This document shows, one piece after another, positions 12,719-25,050 of a stretch of 64,000 nt of DNA. The notes beneath the pieces are model-generated. The model saw only the letters and a program-made list of their open reading frames with translations, was not told where the DNA came from and searched no databases. Position 1 is the stretch's first letter. Every line of letters begins with the position of its first letter. Source of the stretch: Candidatus Bathyarchaeota archaeon. GTDB lineage: Archaea; Thermoproteota; Bathyarchaeia; Bathyarchaeales; Bathycorpusculaceae. The stretch spans positions 30,423 through 94,422 of the forward strand of contig CAWEJP010000015.1 in assembly GCA_963809455.1 (NCBI GenBank), in the 5' to 3' direction. The translations under genes and the position numbers were made by a program.

Positions 12719-13417
12719 TTAGGTGTGCTGAGCTACAATCATTGCGTGTGCCTTGTCGTAGGGTTCTAGGTCGACGATTTCTTTGACGTCGAAGCCTCTG
12801 TTTTTGAGGATGTTAGCTTCTTGGCGGTAGACGTCATTGGGATTCATGGTTACATCTATGCTTTGCGATTTGCATGCCAGCATAACCCAGCCTTGGGGTT
12901 TGAGGAAAACGTCTGCATTGTCTGCGAGCAGTTTGGCTTGTTCGGGTTGTGCTACGTCACAGTAGATTGTGTCGACTTTGCCTGAGATGAACATGGCGTA
13001 GCGTTCGGGCATTCTTGCATCTTCGAGCATGGGGGAGATGTTAGTTCGATAAGCTGCAACATTATTAACTAAGTCTCGTAAACTGCGTTGGGCGAATTCT
13101 ACGCAGTAAACGTGCCCGGTGTCGCCAACGATGTCTGAGACGTGGCTGGGTGTGGTTCCTGAAGCTGCGCCCAAATAAAGAACCTTAAAACCAGGTTCGA
13201 TCGGTACATTCTGTACGCCTTTAATTATGGCTCCTGCGAGTTTGCTTCGAAAAGCATCCCAAACGCGATATTCAACGTATTTGAATTTGAAAAGTCGTTC
13301 GCCATAAACCCGAAGACCTGGCGTCAGGTTTTTTGTGGCGAGGCGTTGTGCGCCGTCTTCAAGCATTACTTGGTAGATTTCTTTGAATTTTGGGTGCGGT
13401 TTAACTTTGAGGTGCAC
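12719..13417 (-). CDS. flpA: Fibrillarin-like rRNA 2'-O-methyltransferase
   Basis: VYGE, RSKLAG, LYLGAASGTT, DVAQPEQ, LEPYDKAH; likely GTG start at 13417. Confidence 0.95.
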   Translation of the reverse strand: MHLKVKPHPKFKEIYQVMLEDGAQRLATKNLTPGLRVYGERLFKFKYVEYRVWDAFRSKLAGAIIKGVQNVPIEPGFKVLYLGAASGTTPSHVSDIVGDTGHVYCVEFAQRSLRDLVNNVAAYRTNISPMLEDARMPERYAMFISGKVDTIYCDVAQPEQAKLLADNADVFLKPQGWVMLACKSQSIDVTMNPNDVYRQEANILKNRGFDVKEIVDLEPYDKAHAMIVAQHT

Positions 13418-14840
13418 GTCTGTCTGGTCCCCGGTTTTGACCGCCGCTTCCACCGCTGCCGCCGCCTCTTCGATCTCCTCTGTCTCGTCCGCCGCCGTAA
13501 CTGAAGTTGCGTCCTCCGCCTCCACCCCCACCTCCGCGATGTGGTGGTCTTGGACCTCGCTCGCCGCCACCGAAGTTTTTGCCGCCGCCTCTAAATCCGC
13601 CTCGATCATCTCTCCGCGGAGGTCGTTGTTCTCGGCGTTCAAATCCTGCCGCTCCTTCAGGGCGTGGTTTAGCTTCTTTGGGTGCTGGCGGTTCTTTGTA
13701 TTTTGTCTGGATTTCTTCTATGCGTTTGTTGATATCTGCTTTTAGTTTGTCTCCAATGTAGTGGCCTGCTCCGAAAGCGTCGGCTCTTGCGGCTATAGCA
13801 AGTTTGCCTGCGATGACACGTGCGATTTTTCCTCGTTGCCATCTCTTTGCATCGTGCAAAAGTGTGTGTTGGAAGATTAAGCCGTGTTTAGGTGGTCTAG
13901 CTCCTGTTTTTAATGAGCGGAATAGAGCTTTTTCTGCGCCTATTACTTGGATGGTGCTTGCGGGTCTCATAGCCAGGTTTTGTAGGCTTCCTGCCATGGC
14001 GATTAAGCGTGCGCCCAAAAGAGATCCTGCAACAGCGCGCACGTTAGGTGCTAGCTCTTCCATGGTGTTGTCAACGTAGTCTTCCATGGTTTTGCGTAGC
14101 AAATAGAAGTTAAGGACGTCTTTGGCTAACGCTTGCACCATTTCTAAGTCGGCTTCTGCGACGTCGGCGCCCATGGATGATTCTGCTGCTTTCGCTACAA
14201 GTTGGGTTCGTTCTTTTGGAATGTTTTCTCTTTCCAAATTTTCAACTGTGAAGTTTTCTCTATCACCCAGGTTCACGACGAGCCTTGAGTAAGTTTCGTG
14301 TTTCTCGATTAAGCGGTCAAGTTCTGGAAAGTAGACGCCATACCATTCTCGGAGTCTGCCCATGAAGAGGTTAACTGTTTGGTCTAAGCTGTCGAGGGTT
14401 TGGATGCCTTGGGCAACGATTAAATCTCGTTTTCCAGTGGCGCCTTTGATTCTCAGTTTTGCAAGTTCCAAGCTGACACTGCGGGTCCATATGCTTAGTT
14501 CTTGTTCGTCTTTGGCAAAGCCGGCTTCGATTGCTACTTCACCCATACGTGAATGCAAAACTGCAGTTTCCGCTGGCTTCGCAACTTCGACAGCGACTTT
14601 CATTTTCTTTTGGGCTTCCTCCGCCAACTTGCCGGATTCAAACGCAAACGCGTCGTAACCTACGCTTGCTAGAAGTGAGATTAATGATGAGACTTGGTCG
14701 GATAATTTTCCAGACTCAGTTTTAAGAAGACTTTTTGCTGCGGCTTGCGCATTTTTTGGAAACAATGCTTTTTCCACTAAGCCGTTGTTTTCGTCGAAGG
14801 CTGCTACGCCGAATGGAAATTGAATGATGAATATTTTCAT
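13401..14840 (-). CDS. nop5: C/D box snoRNP subunit Nop5 (Nop56/58) with C-terminal RGG-rich tail
   Basis: REWYGVYFPEL, PASTIQVIGAEKALF, PKHGLIF, RGKIAR; adjacent to fibrillarin. Confidence 0.95.
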   Translation of the reverse strand: MKIFIIQFPFGVAAFDENNGLVEKALFPKNAQAAAKSLLKTESGKLSDQVSSLISLLASVGYDAFAFESGKLAEEAQKKMKVAVEVAKPAETAVLHSRMGEVAIEAGFAKDEQELSIWTRSVSLELAKLRIKGATGKRDLIVAQGIQTLDSLDQTVNLFMGRLREWYGVYFPELDRLIEKHETYSRLVVNLGDRENFTVENLERENIPKERTQLVAKAAESSMGADVAEADLEMVQALAKDVLNFYLLRKTMEDYVDNTMEELAPNVRAVAGSLLGARLIAMAGSLQNLAMRPASTIQVIGAEKALFRSLKTGARPPKHGLIFQHTLLHDAKRWQRGKIARVIAGKLAIAARADAFGAGHYIGDKLKADINKRIEEIQTKYKEPPAPKEAKPRPEGAAGFERREQRPPRRDDRGGFRGGGKNFGGGERGPRPPHRGGGGGGGGRNFSYGGGRDRGDRRGGGSGGSGGQNRGPDRRAPQS

Positions 14841-15102
14841 GTTATTTGGCCCCGATAAACTATGCATTGTTACTGCATTGTCTTAATAAATAGTTTCGTT
14901 GCACCAAATCCAAAACAGCCGTTTTTTCCATGTGTGCGTCTTAAATTAAGCCTGAAAAACCGTGGTGTGTTCCATTTGTTTTATTTTTTTGGCAGGTTTG
15001 CTTATATTTTTCAAAAAAGTTAATACGAACAGCCTATAAATTAGTTGAAAACAGGATGGAAATCAAATAGAGGCTTCCAAAACAAATTCAAAAATTACTA
15101 AA

Positions 15103-15989
15103 TTGAAGAACGATAAAGTAGTTACTGTTGGGCTTATCCAAACTTCAGTTTCAGAGAATATCGCTGAGAACATGGCGAAAACCGTGGAAAAGATTGAGGA
15201 AGCAATCAAAAAAGGTGCCCAAATTGTTTGCCTCCAAGAACTTGTACCGAACAAGATATTTTCCGCAAGAGGAAAACAAAGATGTTGCAGCTTTAGCTGA
15301 AGTGATTCCTGGAGAATCCACAAACCTGTTTTCTAAGTTGGCAAAAAAACATAGAATAGTTATAGTTGCACCGTTGTTTGAGAAAGCTAAAAACGGCAAA
15401 TTCTACAACACAGCCGTCGTAGTCGGTTCAAACGGCAAAATCTTGGGTACTTACCGTAAAGCCCACATCCCCCAGGACCCTTATTTCTACGAAAAAGATT
15501 ACTTCGCAGAAGGCGACACAGACTACGGAATTTTTGAAACAGAATTTGCCCGCATTGGTGTGCTCATATGTTATGACCAATGGTTCCCTGAACCCGCCCG
15601 AATCAACGCGCTTGGAAGGTGCAGAAATAATATTTTACCCCACCGCAATCGGCTACGTTAAAGGGCACACATCTGAGGACGGTGACTGGCATGACGCTTG
15701 GCGAACTGTCCAGCGTGCCAACGCCATCGAAAATGGAATCCATGTTGCAGCAGTTAACCGTGTTGGCGAAGAAGGCGAGTTGGAGTTTTGGGGGGGCTCG
15801 TTTGTGTGTGATTCTTTCGGCAAAGTCCTAAACGAAGCCAGCACCTCCAAAGAAGAAATTGTGGTTGCTAAAATCGACTTAAGCAAAAACAAGAAAATCC
15901 AGGACGGCTGGGGTTTCCTGCGTAACCGACGCCCAGATACCTACAAAAGACTAACCAAAGATAGACGGAAAGGTGCGGAAGATGAGTAG
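15103..15989 (+). CDS. aguB: N-carbamoylputrescine amidase (carbon-nitrogen hydrolase); 2 frameshifts
   Basis: CLQEL, YRKAHIP, ICYDQWFPE, YPTAIG, FLRNRRP; upstream of agmatine deiminase. Confidence 0.85.
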
Positions 15990-17031
15990 TTCCGAGCGGA
16001 GTTGCCATGAACAAGGTTTCTGTATGCCAGCCGAATGGGAAAAACACGATGCAATCTGGCTTGCATGGCCCTATGACCCAACCACTTTCCCCGACAGAGT
16101 TGAGCGTGTTGAAGCTACTTATGTCCAAATTGTTAAGGAGATTCATGAAGGAGAAGAAGTAAACCTCTTCGTAATCGATGAGCCCACCAAACAGAAAGCA
16201 ACAAGGATGTTTAAAGCTGCAAATATCAACTTGGAAAAAATTCACTTTTACGTTTCCGACTACGCCGATGTTTGGTTTAGGGATTATGGACCTGTATTTG
16301 TCAAGAATCAAAATCATGAACTTGCGATGATTCATTGGGACTTTAACTCATGGGGAGAAAAATATGAAACCTTGCTAAAAGACAGGCAAATTCCCGATGT
16401 AATCAACCAAAAAATGTCATTACGATGTTTTAAGCCTGGCATTGTTTTGGAAGGTGGCTCTATTGATGTTAACGGCAAAGGAACGCTGCTCACTACAGCG
16501 CAGTGTCTTTTAAATAAGAACCGAAACCCAGACCTTAATAGGCAACAGATAGAAAAATACCTCGGCGACTATCTTGGCGTAAATCATTTTATCTGGTTGA
16601 AATGTGGCATCCTCGGAGACGATACCGACGGACACATTGATGACTTAGCAAGGTTCGTAAACCCGACCACCATCGTTTGCGCTTATCAGGACGACCAAAA
16701 CGACGTCGACTATGATGCCCTTAAAGAAAACTATGACATTCTTTGTCAAGTAGTTGACCAAGACGGGAAAAAACTCAAAATAATAAAGTTGCCAATGCCA
16801 AAAGTTGTTAGCGACGAAGATGAACGGTTACCTGCGAGTTACACGAACTTTTACATAGGCAACCAAAAAGTGTTAGTGCCCATTTTTGACCATAAAAATG
16901 ATGCAAAAGCGCTAGCGATTCTACAGGAGCTCTTTCCAACGAGGAAAGTTGTTGGGATTCGCTGTGTAGATTTGGTTTATGGGTTCGGTACAATCCACTG
17001 CATTAGTCAGCAGCAGCCTTGCAGAATCTAA
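15982..17031 (+). CDS. aguA: Agmatine deiminase
   Basis: MPAEWE, WFRDYGP, EGGSIDVNG, DTDGHID, ASYTNFY, GTIHCISQQQP. Confidence 0.93.
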   Translation: MSSSERSCHEQGFCMPAEWEKHDAIWLAWPYDPTTFPDRVERVEATYVQIVKEIHEGEEVNLFVIDEPTKQKATRMFKAANINLEKIHFYVSDYADVWFRDYGPVFVKNQNHELAMIHWDFNSWGEKYETLLKDRQIPDVINQKMSLRCFKPGIVLEGGSIDVNGKGTLLTTAQCLLNKNRNPDLNRQQIEKYLGDYLGVNHFIWLKCGILGDDTDGHIDDLARFVNPTTIVCAYQDDQNDVDYDALKENYDILCQVVDQDGKKLKIIKLPMPKVVSDEDERLPASYTNFYIGNQKVLVPIFDHKNDAKALAILQELFPTRKVVGIRCVDLVYGFGTIHCISQQQPCRI

Positions 17032-17149
17032 ACGTTAAACACCCCAAAATAGCGCCGCTTTTTTTAGTTAAGTTTAAACTCTCCAGTGGAATAATAGGTA
17101 AACCCCAAAGTTTGAGGAGTTCAGGAGAGATTAGGGTATGGTTAATCAG

Positions 17150-19360
17150 CCTCCGCATTCGTGCACGCGGCGTCAAAGTGCTCAAAGCCGTTTCTTCACC
17201 GCTTAGGCTGCAGATTCTCAATTTGCTCTTCGACAACAGCGCCCTCTCCTACACTGAACTTATGAATCAACTTAAAATGAACCCCAGCCGAGACGCCGGC
17301 AGGTTTGCCTACCATCTAAAATTCCTGTCTAAAAGCGGATTTGGTTGAGGCAGATGTAGAGGCAAAAAAATATTTCTTAACTGACCTTGGCAAAATGGTT
17401 CTGGATGTGGCTGACCGTGTGGAGAAGAAGGCTGTTAAACCACGCGGCATGCTTGTTCGGACTTCGCATTTGACTTTGGAAGAGTTTGATGTTAACAAAA
17501 TTGCGAATTCACTAATTAAAGAGGCGAAGGTTCCACGCAGAACTAGCTCAAAAGGCAGCAAAGGAAGCTGAGAAACGCCTTGTAAAATCAAAAACCAAAG
17601 TATCTCACTGCATCGCTTATCAGGGAAGTTGTAAACGGCATTTTAGTGGAAAAGGGCTACGAGGATTACCGCAATAAACTTACCCGCGTCGGCATGCCAA
17701 TCCACGAAGTAACCGCTCTCATCGAATCAAAAGATGCTGCTCAAGACGCGAAGCCACAATCAGCAAGGCAGGCCAAAGTGTCCTTGGCGAATATACTTTG
17801 CTGAACGTTTTTCCAAGGGACATCGCGGATGCACATCTTGTCAGGGGCCATCCATATTGAAGGATTAGGCACCTGGATACTGAAACCCAACGAAGTCATC
17901 CACGACCTACGTTATTTCTTCCAACACGGCGTGAAACTTGACAATCCCCTACAAGTCGCCATGAATCCTCCAAGCGATCTAAAATCCGCCTTATCCATCG
18001 CATTTAACGTTATTTTGCATGCCAGCGAAGAAACCAACCGCACTCAAACCTTCAACTACTTCAATGTATTTCTCGCACCCTACATAAGAGGCAACGAAGT
18101 TGCAAAGATCAAAGAAAACCTGCGTTTATTCATAAAAAACCTCAACCAACACGCAGAAGCCACGTTGGGACTAGAGCTTTCGATTCCAAAATTAACTGCG
18201 GAAAAAGAAGCCATAGGTCCAGAAGGCAAACCAAAGGGCAAATACGGCGACTTCACTTGCAGGAAAGCCAACTTGTAGCCTCAGTTATCGTGGACGTTTT
18301 TGCTGAAGAGAGCATCAGCAAGCCGCTACTTAGTCCAAGAGTGGTAATAAAAATCAATAATGCAGCATTGGCCGACGAAAACGCCAAAGCAATACTTCTC
18401 AGAGCTCACCAGTTAGCAGCAAAAGCCGGAATTCCCTATTTTGCTAACATGACTAAAAAAGAAAATGAAAACGTAGCTTTCTCTTCTTCAGGCGTAAAAT
18501 TCGCCCCCGATTTAACGGGCGACTGGGAAACCGACACATTACGCACTGGCAGTTTAGGTTCCGTTACGATTAATCTGCCACGGATTGCGCTTGAGTGCGA
18601 GAAAGACAAGAACAAATTCTTCGATTTAATGCGCGAACGCTTCGAACTTGCCGCACGAGCACTGGGAATAAAGAACAATGCTCTCAAGCAATTCGGAAAA
18701 AATTCCCTGCCGTTTCTGCTTCAAAAAGCTGACCGCGACACCTACTTTAGACTAGAAAACTGTTCCCGCCTAATCAATTTAGCCGGGTTCCGAGAAGCCA
18801 GTGAAGCCTTCACCGGAAAGCTCATTAACTCCGAAGAGAGCCGCAAATTCATTGAAGAAACAATCCAGGTTCTATTGGCTTTTAAGCTGAAAATCGGCAG
18901 AAAATACGGTAAACGTCTCTATCCCGTCATCCTTGGAAGTCCCGAAGCGTCTGAACGGCTTGCACAGTTAGACGTTGAAAGGTACGGTGTTGCCCAAGTC
19001 AAGTTTTCGGGCACCAGAGAAAAACCATACTATTCAACGGCTAAACGTTTTCAGGTTAAAGCCGCAGAACTGCTCAGCATTCAGACTGAACAGCTGGAAA
19101 CTGCCCAAAAAATGAAGGGCTTAAATGCTGGCGGAAACCTCAGCATCATTGAACTCGAAGGAGCGGAGTACACGCCCGAAGCCCTAATGAACCTAACAAT
19201 GCGCCTAATGGAGAATACAGCTATAGAATTCTTCACCTACAACCGCCTAATCAGCTTCTGCGATAACTGCAAGAAAAACTTTTTTGGAACGCTACACAAA
19301 TGTCCCTCATGCGGCTCCATGAGCACATTGACTACGTTTGATCGCTTTACATCAACTTAA
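17150..19360 (+). CDS. ArsR-type wHTH + ATP-cone + class III ribonucleotide reductase (NrdD)-like fusion, apparently catalytically inactive; about 4 frameshifts
   Basis: KAVSSPLRLQIL..FAYHLKFL (HTH); VRTS..EEFDVNKIANSLIKEA (ATP cone); HIEGL, TGSLGSVTINLPRIA, CDNC..CPSCG Zn ribbon; start approximate. Confidence 0.75.
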
Positions 19361-19361
19361 T

Positions 19362-20315
<954 letters not shown>

Positions 20316-20475
20316 CTAAATAACACTTTGTATGCCTTAGTAAGGCTTTTTTTTCTTGCTCCTTGTTAGTGCTTATATGCTTTTGTTGTTGTACAACGTT
20401 TGCAACAAGTTTTAATTAATCAGACCTGAGCAATAGTATTTCAATTCAGGAAGCAACTTGAAGGTGTTTTTGAAA

Positions 20476-20682
20476 ATGGAAAGTGGAATGCAAACTCTAA
20501 TGGAACAAATTTCTAAACGAGCAACCCCCCAACAAACATTTAACTCACACTCTTATATGCCCCGAGTAAATGAGATTCGGGCACCATGTCAATGGCTAAA
20601 AAACTGCTACGACGGAAAATGTCCTGCGTTTGTTAGGCAAAACGGGAATTTTTACTGTGCCAAGATGAAGGCAATAATTTAA
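20476..20682 (+). CDS. Small Cys-rich hypothetical protein
   Basis: ORF with C-x5-C-x4-C-x10-C; aaggtg upstream; followed by T-rich terminator-like run. Confidence 0.45.
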   Translation: MESGMQTLMEQISKRATPQQTFNSHSYMPRVNEIRAPCQWLKNCYDGKCPAFVRQNGNFYCAKMKAII

Positions 20683-20694
20683 TTTTTTCTCCTT

Positions 20695-21606
20695 TTAATC
20701 CTTCAAAGCAGCTATCGCTTCTTTTAAGATAGCTACAGACTTCGCAAACTTTTCCTTCGTTTTAACGGATAAGTCGAGTTCAATAATTTTTTCGACCCCT
20801 TCTTTTCCCAAAACCACTGGCACACCGATTGATAATCCCGAGGCACCATATTCTCCGTCGAGAATTGTAGAAACACTCATCACGCGGTTTCTTCCAGTCA
20901 AAATTGCATCAGCCATTATTGCAATCACCATGCCCGGGGCATAAACGGTGCTGCCTTTAAGCTGAATGACGTCAGCACCGGAAGTTACGGTTGAGTGAAC
21001 GATTTTGTCAAGCTGCTCTTCAGATAACAGACTTGTTACAGGTATACCTGAGACTGAAGCGTATTCAACAAGTGGCACCATTGAGTCGCCATGCTCTCCA
21101 ATAACTAAAGCGCGTGTGTCCTCACGTGAAACATCCAGTTCATTGGCGAGGTATGTTCTAAAACGCATAGTGTCTAAGATGTTGCCCATGCCAAAGAGGC
21201 AGCACCGTGGAATCCCTGTTTCTTTAGCTGCAATGTACGTCATTATGTCAACGGGGTTAGTTACCATCATGATTTTGGTCTTAGGAGCATACTTCACAAT
21301 CTCTTTAACTATAGATTTTATGATTTTTGCGTTCGTGTTCATGAGGTCAAAACGCGTCATGTCCGGTCTTCTTCCTAAGCCTGCCGTGACAATCACAAGC
21401 TCTGATCCTGCCATTTCGCTGTAGTCACTTGTTCCATGGATTTTGCCGTCAAATTCGATGGCGGGTGCAGCCTGCATCATGTCTAACGCTTCACCCTTCG
21501 CCGCTTTTTCATTAGTGTCGATTAGTACGACGTCACTTATTTTGTAACGTAAAATATCAAACGCTGCGGCACTACCCACTTTGCCTGCTCCAATTACAGT
21601 AATCAT
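20695..21606 (-). CDS. mdh: Malate dehydrogenase (LDH-like)
   Basis: IGAGKVG, TAGLGRRPDMTRFDL, TNPVD, GEHGDSM. Confidence 0.92.
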   Translation of the reverse strand: MITVIGAGKVGSAAAFDILRYKISDVVLIDTNEKAAKGEALDMMQAAPAIEFDGKIHGTSDYSEMAGSELVIVTAGLGRRPDMTRFDLMNTNAKIIKSIVKEIVKYAPKTKIMMVTNPVDIMTYIAAKETGIPRCCLFGMGNILDTMRFRTYLANELDVSREDTRALVIGEHGDSMVPLVEYASVSGIPVTSLLSEEQLDKIVHSTVTSGADVIQLKGSTVYAPGMVIAIMADAILTGRNRVMSVSTILDGEYGASGLSIGVPVVLGKEGVEKIIELDLSVKTKEKFAKSVAILKEAIAALKD

Positions 21607-21667
21607 AAAAAAACCTATTAGAACAATAATTAAAACGTAGAATATAACTAAAGCGCACGAGTTTATT

Positions 21668-21750
21668 CGGACTTTTCATAAAGTCGGGCTAAAATCCCTT
21701 AGATGTTCGGGACAACATCTATTTATTAAAAACAACAATAACATGTTATA
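21668..21750. promoter_or_regulatory. Cluster of palindromes in the divergent mdh/hcp promoter
   Basis: GACTTT-TCAT-AAAGTC (21670), AGATGTT-N6-AACATCT (21701), ATAACATGTTAT (21738). Confidence 0.5.
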
Positions 21751-21764
21751 TAGTGTGATATTTT

Positions 21765-23390
21765 ATGAGTCAAAACCAAATGTTCTGTTACCAATGCGAA
21801 CAAACAGCGAAAGGAACAAGGTTGCACCATTGCAGGTGTATGCGGCAAAACCTCCGACGTTGCCAACCTCCAGGACCTGTTAGTTTACAAACTGCGTGAA
21901 CTTAGCCAACTCGTCATCCACGCGAACAAAGCTGGAATAAAGGATGAGAAAACAAGCGTTTTCACCGCTGAAGCACTCTTTGTTACATTGACAAACGTGA
22001 ATTTTGATCCCGAAGCCATCGTCTGCTTACATCAGAAAAACTGCTGAGCTACACGATAAGCTACATAAGCAACTGGATGTTAAAGCTGATTATTTGCCGT
22101 TGGCAAATACGACTGAAGGCTTAATTGCACAGGGCAAACAGCATGGAATAAACTCTGATTCTACAATGGACCCTGACTTGCATGGATTGCAGTGGCTTCT
22201 GACCTACGGGTTAAAAGGAGTCTCAGCATACTCTTATCATGCTTATCTTTCTAGGCAAAAAAGACCAGAAAGTCTTCGATTTCATCCATGAAGGATTAGT
22301 TGCTCCATTCAACAAGTCACTTGGCGTAAACGATTTTGTCGGTTTAGTTTTCAAATGCGGCGAAATCAACATCCGCGCCATGGAACTTCTCGACGCTGGC
22401 AACACCGAAACCTACGGTCACCCAGTTCCAACCAAAGTGCCATTGGGACACAAGAAAGGCAAAGCCATTCTTGTTTCAGGACACGATCTAATTGATTTAG
22501 AAAACATACTTAAAACAAACTCAAGGCACAGGTATCACCGTTTATACACACGGCGAAATGCTCCCAACCCACGGCTACCCAAAACTCAAAGCCTACCCCA
22601 ACTTCTATGGACACTACGGAACCGCATGGCAAAACCAACAGAAAGAATTCGCACAGTTCCCAGGAGCAATCCTCATGACCACCAATTGCATCCAACGCCC
22701 AATCGAAAGCTACAAAGCCAACATATTCACCGCTGGACCAGTCGGCTACCCAGGCGTATCCACACATCGAAGACAAAGACTTCTCACCAGTCATACAAGA
22801 AAGCTCATAGAAATGCCAGGTTTCCCCGATGACGTTGACGGCAAAACTGTCTTAGTTGGATTCGGCAGAAATGCAGTTCTAAGCGTAGCAGGCAAAGTCA
22901 TTGAATCAGTCAAAAGCGGACACATTAAACGCTTCATCCTCGTAGGCGGATGCGACGGAGCAAAACCCGGACGCAGCTACTACACCGAATTCGTTGAAAA
23001 AGCACCCAGCAACACCATTATCTTGACGTTGGCATGCGGAAAATTCCGCTTCTTCGACAAAGAACTTGGAACCATCGATGACATCCCACGACTACTTGAC
23101 ATCGGACAATGCAACGACGCGTACTCCGCAGTGAAAATCGCTCAAGCTCTAGCAGAAGCGTTCCATGTGGAAGTCAACGATTTGCCGCTTGTCACTGGTG
23201 CTGTCATGGTATGAACAGAAAGCTGTTGCCATCTTGCTGTCGCTGCTGGTCCTTGGGAATAAAAGACATTCGCCTCGGACCAAGCCTACCCGCATTCATA
23301 ACACCAAACATACTCAAAGTGCTAGTTGACAAATTCAACATAATGCCAATCAAGACCCCAGACGAAGACCTCAAAGCCATAATGAAATAA
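21765..23390 (+). CDS. hcp: Hybrid cluster protein (hydroxylamine reductase); several frameshifts
   Basis: [62 protein letters not shown]. Confidence 0.92.
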
Positions 23391-23458
23391 GATCTATCCC
23401 CGCCCCTTTTGTGGGCAACTTTATTTTTCTTTAACCGATTTTTCTATTTCTAACTAAC

Positions 23459-24065
23459 CTATAACCGCTTAAAAAAAGACTCAACAGGAAGGGCTTCAAT
23501 TTTTTTGAGCAGCCAAGCCATATTTCTCCCCAAATCTTCCATAGTTTTCATTCCTTCTTCATCTTTTTCTACGTCACCCTTGGCTAAGCCTATACCCACG
23601 TTCCAATAGGATGAGCCCGGAACAATCATCTGGCTGATTAGGAAAAAATGATTTATAGCGTCAAAAGTTGGTATTCCGCCTGCTCTGACGCACCGCCACC
23701 ACAGCCGCGCCGACTTTGCGCTTGAATAGGTCTCCGTTTGATCTGCCAACAAATCCTGCACGGTCGATAAGTGCTTTCATCTCCGAAGTCATCATTGAAA
23801 AATATGTGGGAGAACCAAGGATTATTGCGTCTGCTGCAGCCATCTTCTCGATGTAGAGATTGACGTTGTCGTTAACGATTTTGCACTGTTTGTTCTGGAC
23901 TTTTCGGCAGGTACCGCATGCTGTGCAGCCGTGGATTTGTTGACCTGCAAGCTGAATAAGTTCGGTTTCGATGCCTTCGCTTTCGAGAACTTTAAGGACG
24001 CGTCGGATTAGGATGGCGGTGTTTCCGTCTTTTCTTGCGCTTCCATTAATTGCAACAACCTTCAT
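23459..24065 (-). CDS. Iron-sulfur flavoprotein / NADPH-dependent FMN reductase family; frameshift near 23690
   Basis: [31 protein letters not shown]. Confidence 0.88.
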
Positions 24066-24112
24066 CAAATCACCATAACAAATTAGCTGAACTTTGAGAT
24101 AAAACAATAACC

Positions 24113-25042
24113 TTACCCTTGATTTTTCTTTCTATACCGCCAATAAACAAGCACTGCAGTAACAGCAACTAATGCTACGGCAACTCCAATGGCAGTGGTT
24201 TCAAAGGGAAATTGTGCAGCAGGAACGGGCGGTTTGGCTGGGCTCACAATTAATGGATAGCGGTCCTGGTTTAAAACGTCAATTCTGTAATATGTGTCGC
24301 CGATTCCATCGTGGTCGGCGTCGGTTCCGTTGTAGTTGCTCCAGTAATTCCCTATTATGCCGTTATCCCACGAATGGATGGGTTCACTAAAATTATACAC
24401 CTTGCAGACGCAGCCCGTCAATTCATAAGTGTTGTTGATAAAACTGTTATCGCTAATATCTATGTCAGTAGGTATGTTCGATGCGCTACCGTTCACTTGT
24501 GTAAAACCAAAGAAAAGTCCCATTTCGTTATCAAAAATATAGTTTTTAGTTATCGTGTTCGCAGAACCTGAAAGTAAAATACCGACCAAGTTCCCAGAAA
24601 CCGCATTGCCCATTAAGGTGTTGTGTGTGGTGCGAATGTAGATTCCAACCTCAAAGTTGTCGACGTTTAGATTCTTTATTGTTAAGCCATCCACATTCTT
24701 GTCGCAATCTAACCCGATAATGTAGGGCGGTAGCGTGGTGTTTGGTCCTGTTCCTAATAATTGTTCACTTTTTCTCTCTTCTTCGGTGAGCGACCCAATT
24801 ACTGAATAGCCGGCGCCGTCAACAGTAACGTTACTTTTCTGGATAAGAATAGGGTCGTGAACGTCACCTATGAAAGTGTATACATCGCCGTTTCGCTGGA
24901 TTGGAACGTCGGATGGACTTATGGAACCGTCCGATTGGATGAAAATTGTTGTCATTGCCTCCGCCGAAGATGCAGTGTGCACAAACATCGGAACTGTTAA
25001 ACTCAACAGAAAAAGGATTGTCGCACACGCTTTTTTCATCAA
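24113..25042 (-). CDS. NosD/CASH right-handed beta-helix surface protein
   Basis: Signal peptide, IQRNGDVYT, GNYWSNYNGTDADHDGIGDTYY, C-terminal TM plus basic tail. Confidence 0.8.
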   Translation of the reverse strand: MMKKACATILFLLSLTVPMFVHTASSAEAMTTIFIQSDGSISPSDVPIQRNGDVYTFIGDVHDPILIQKSNVTVDGAGYSVIGSLTEEERKSEQLLGTGPNTTLPPYIIGLDCDKNVDGLTIKNLNVDNFEVGIYIRTTHNTLMGNAVSGNLVGILLSGSANTITKNYIFDNEMGLFFGFTQVNGSASNIPTDIDISDNSFINNTYELTGCVCKVYNFSEPIHSWDNGIIGNYWSNYNGTDADHDGIGDTYYRIDVLNQDRYPLIVSPAKPPVPAAQFPFETTAIGVAVALVAVTAVLVYWRYRKKNQG

Positions 25043-25050
25043 CTAGCTTC

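Noticed and set aside
13418-13642. Acidic Ala/Glu-rich N-terminal extension of fibrillarin in the ORF track
   Set aside because: It is the alternative frame of the Nop5 RGG tail; the conserved fibrillarin sequence begins near GTG 13417
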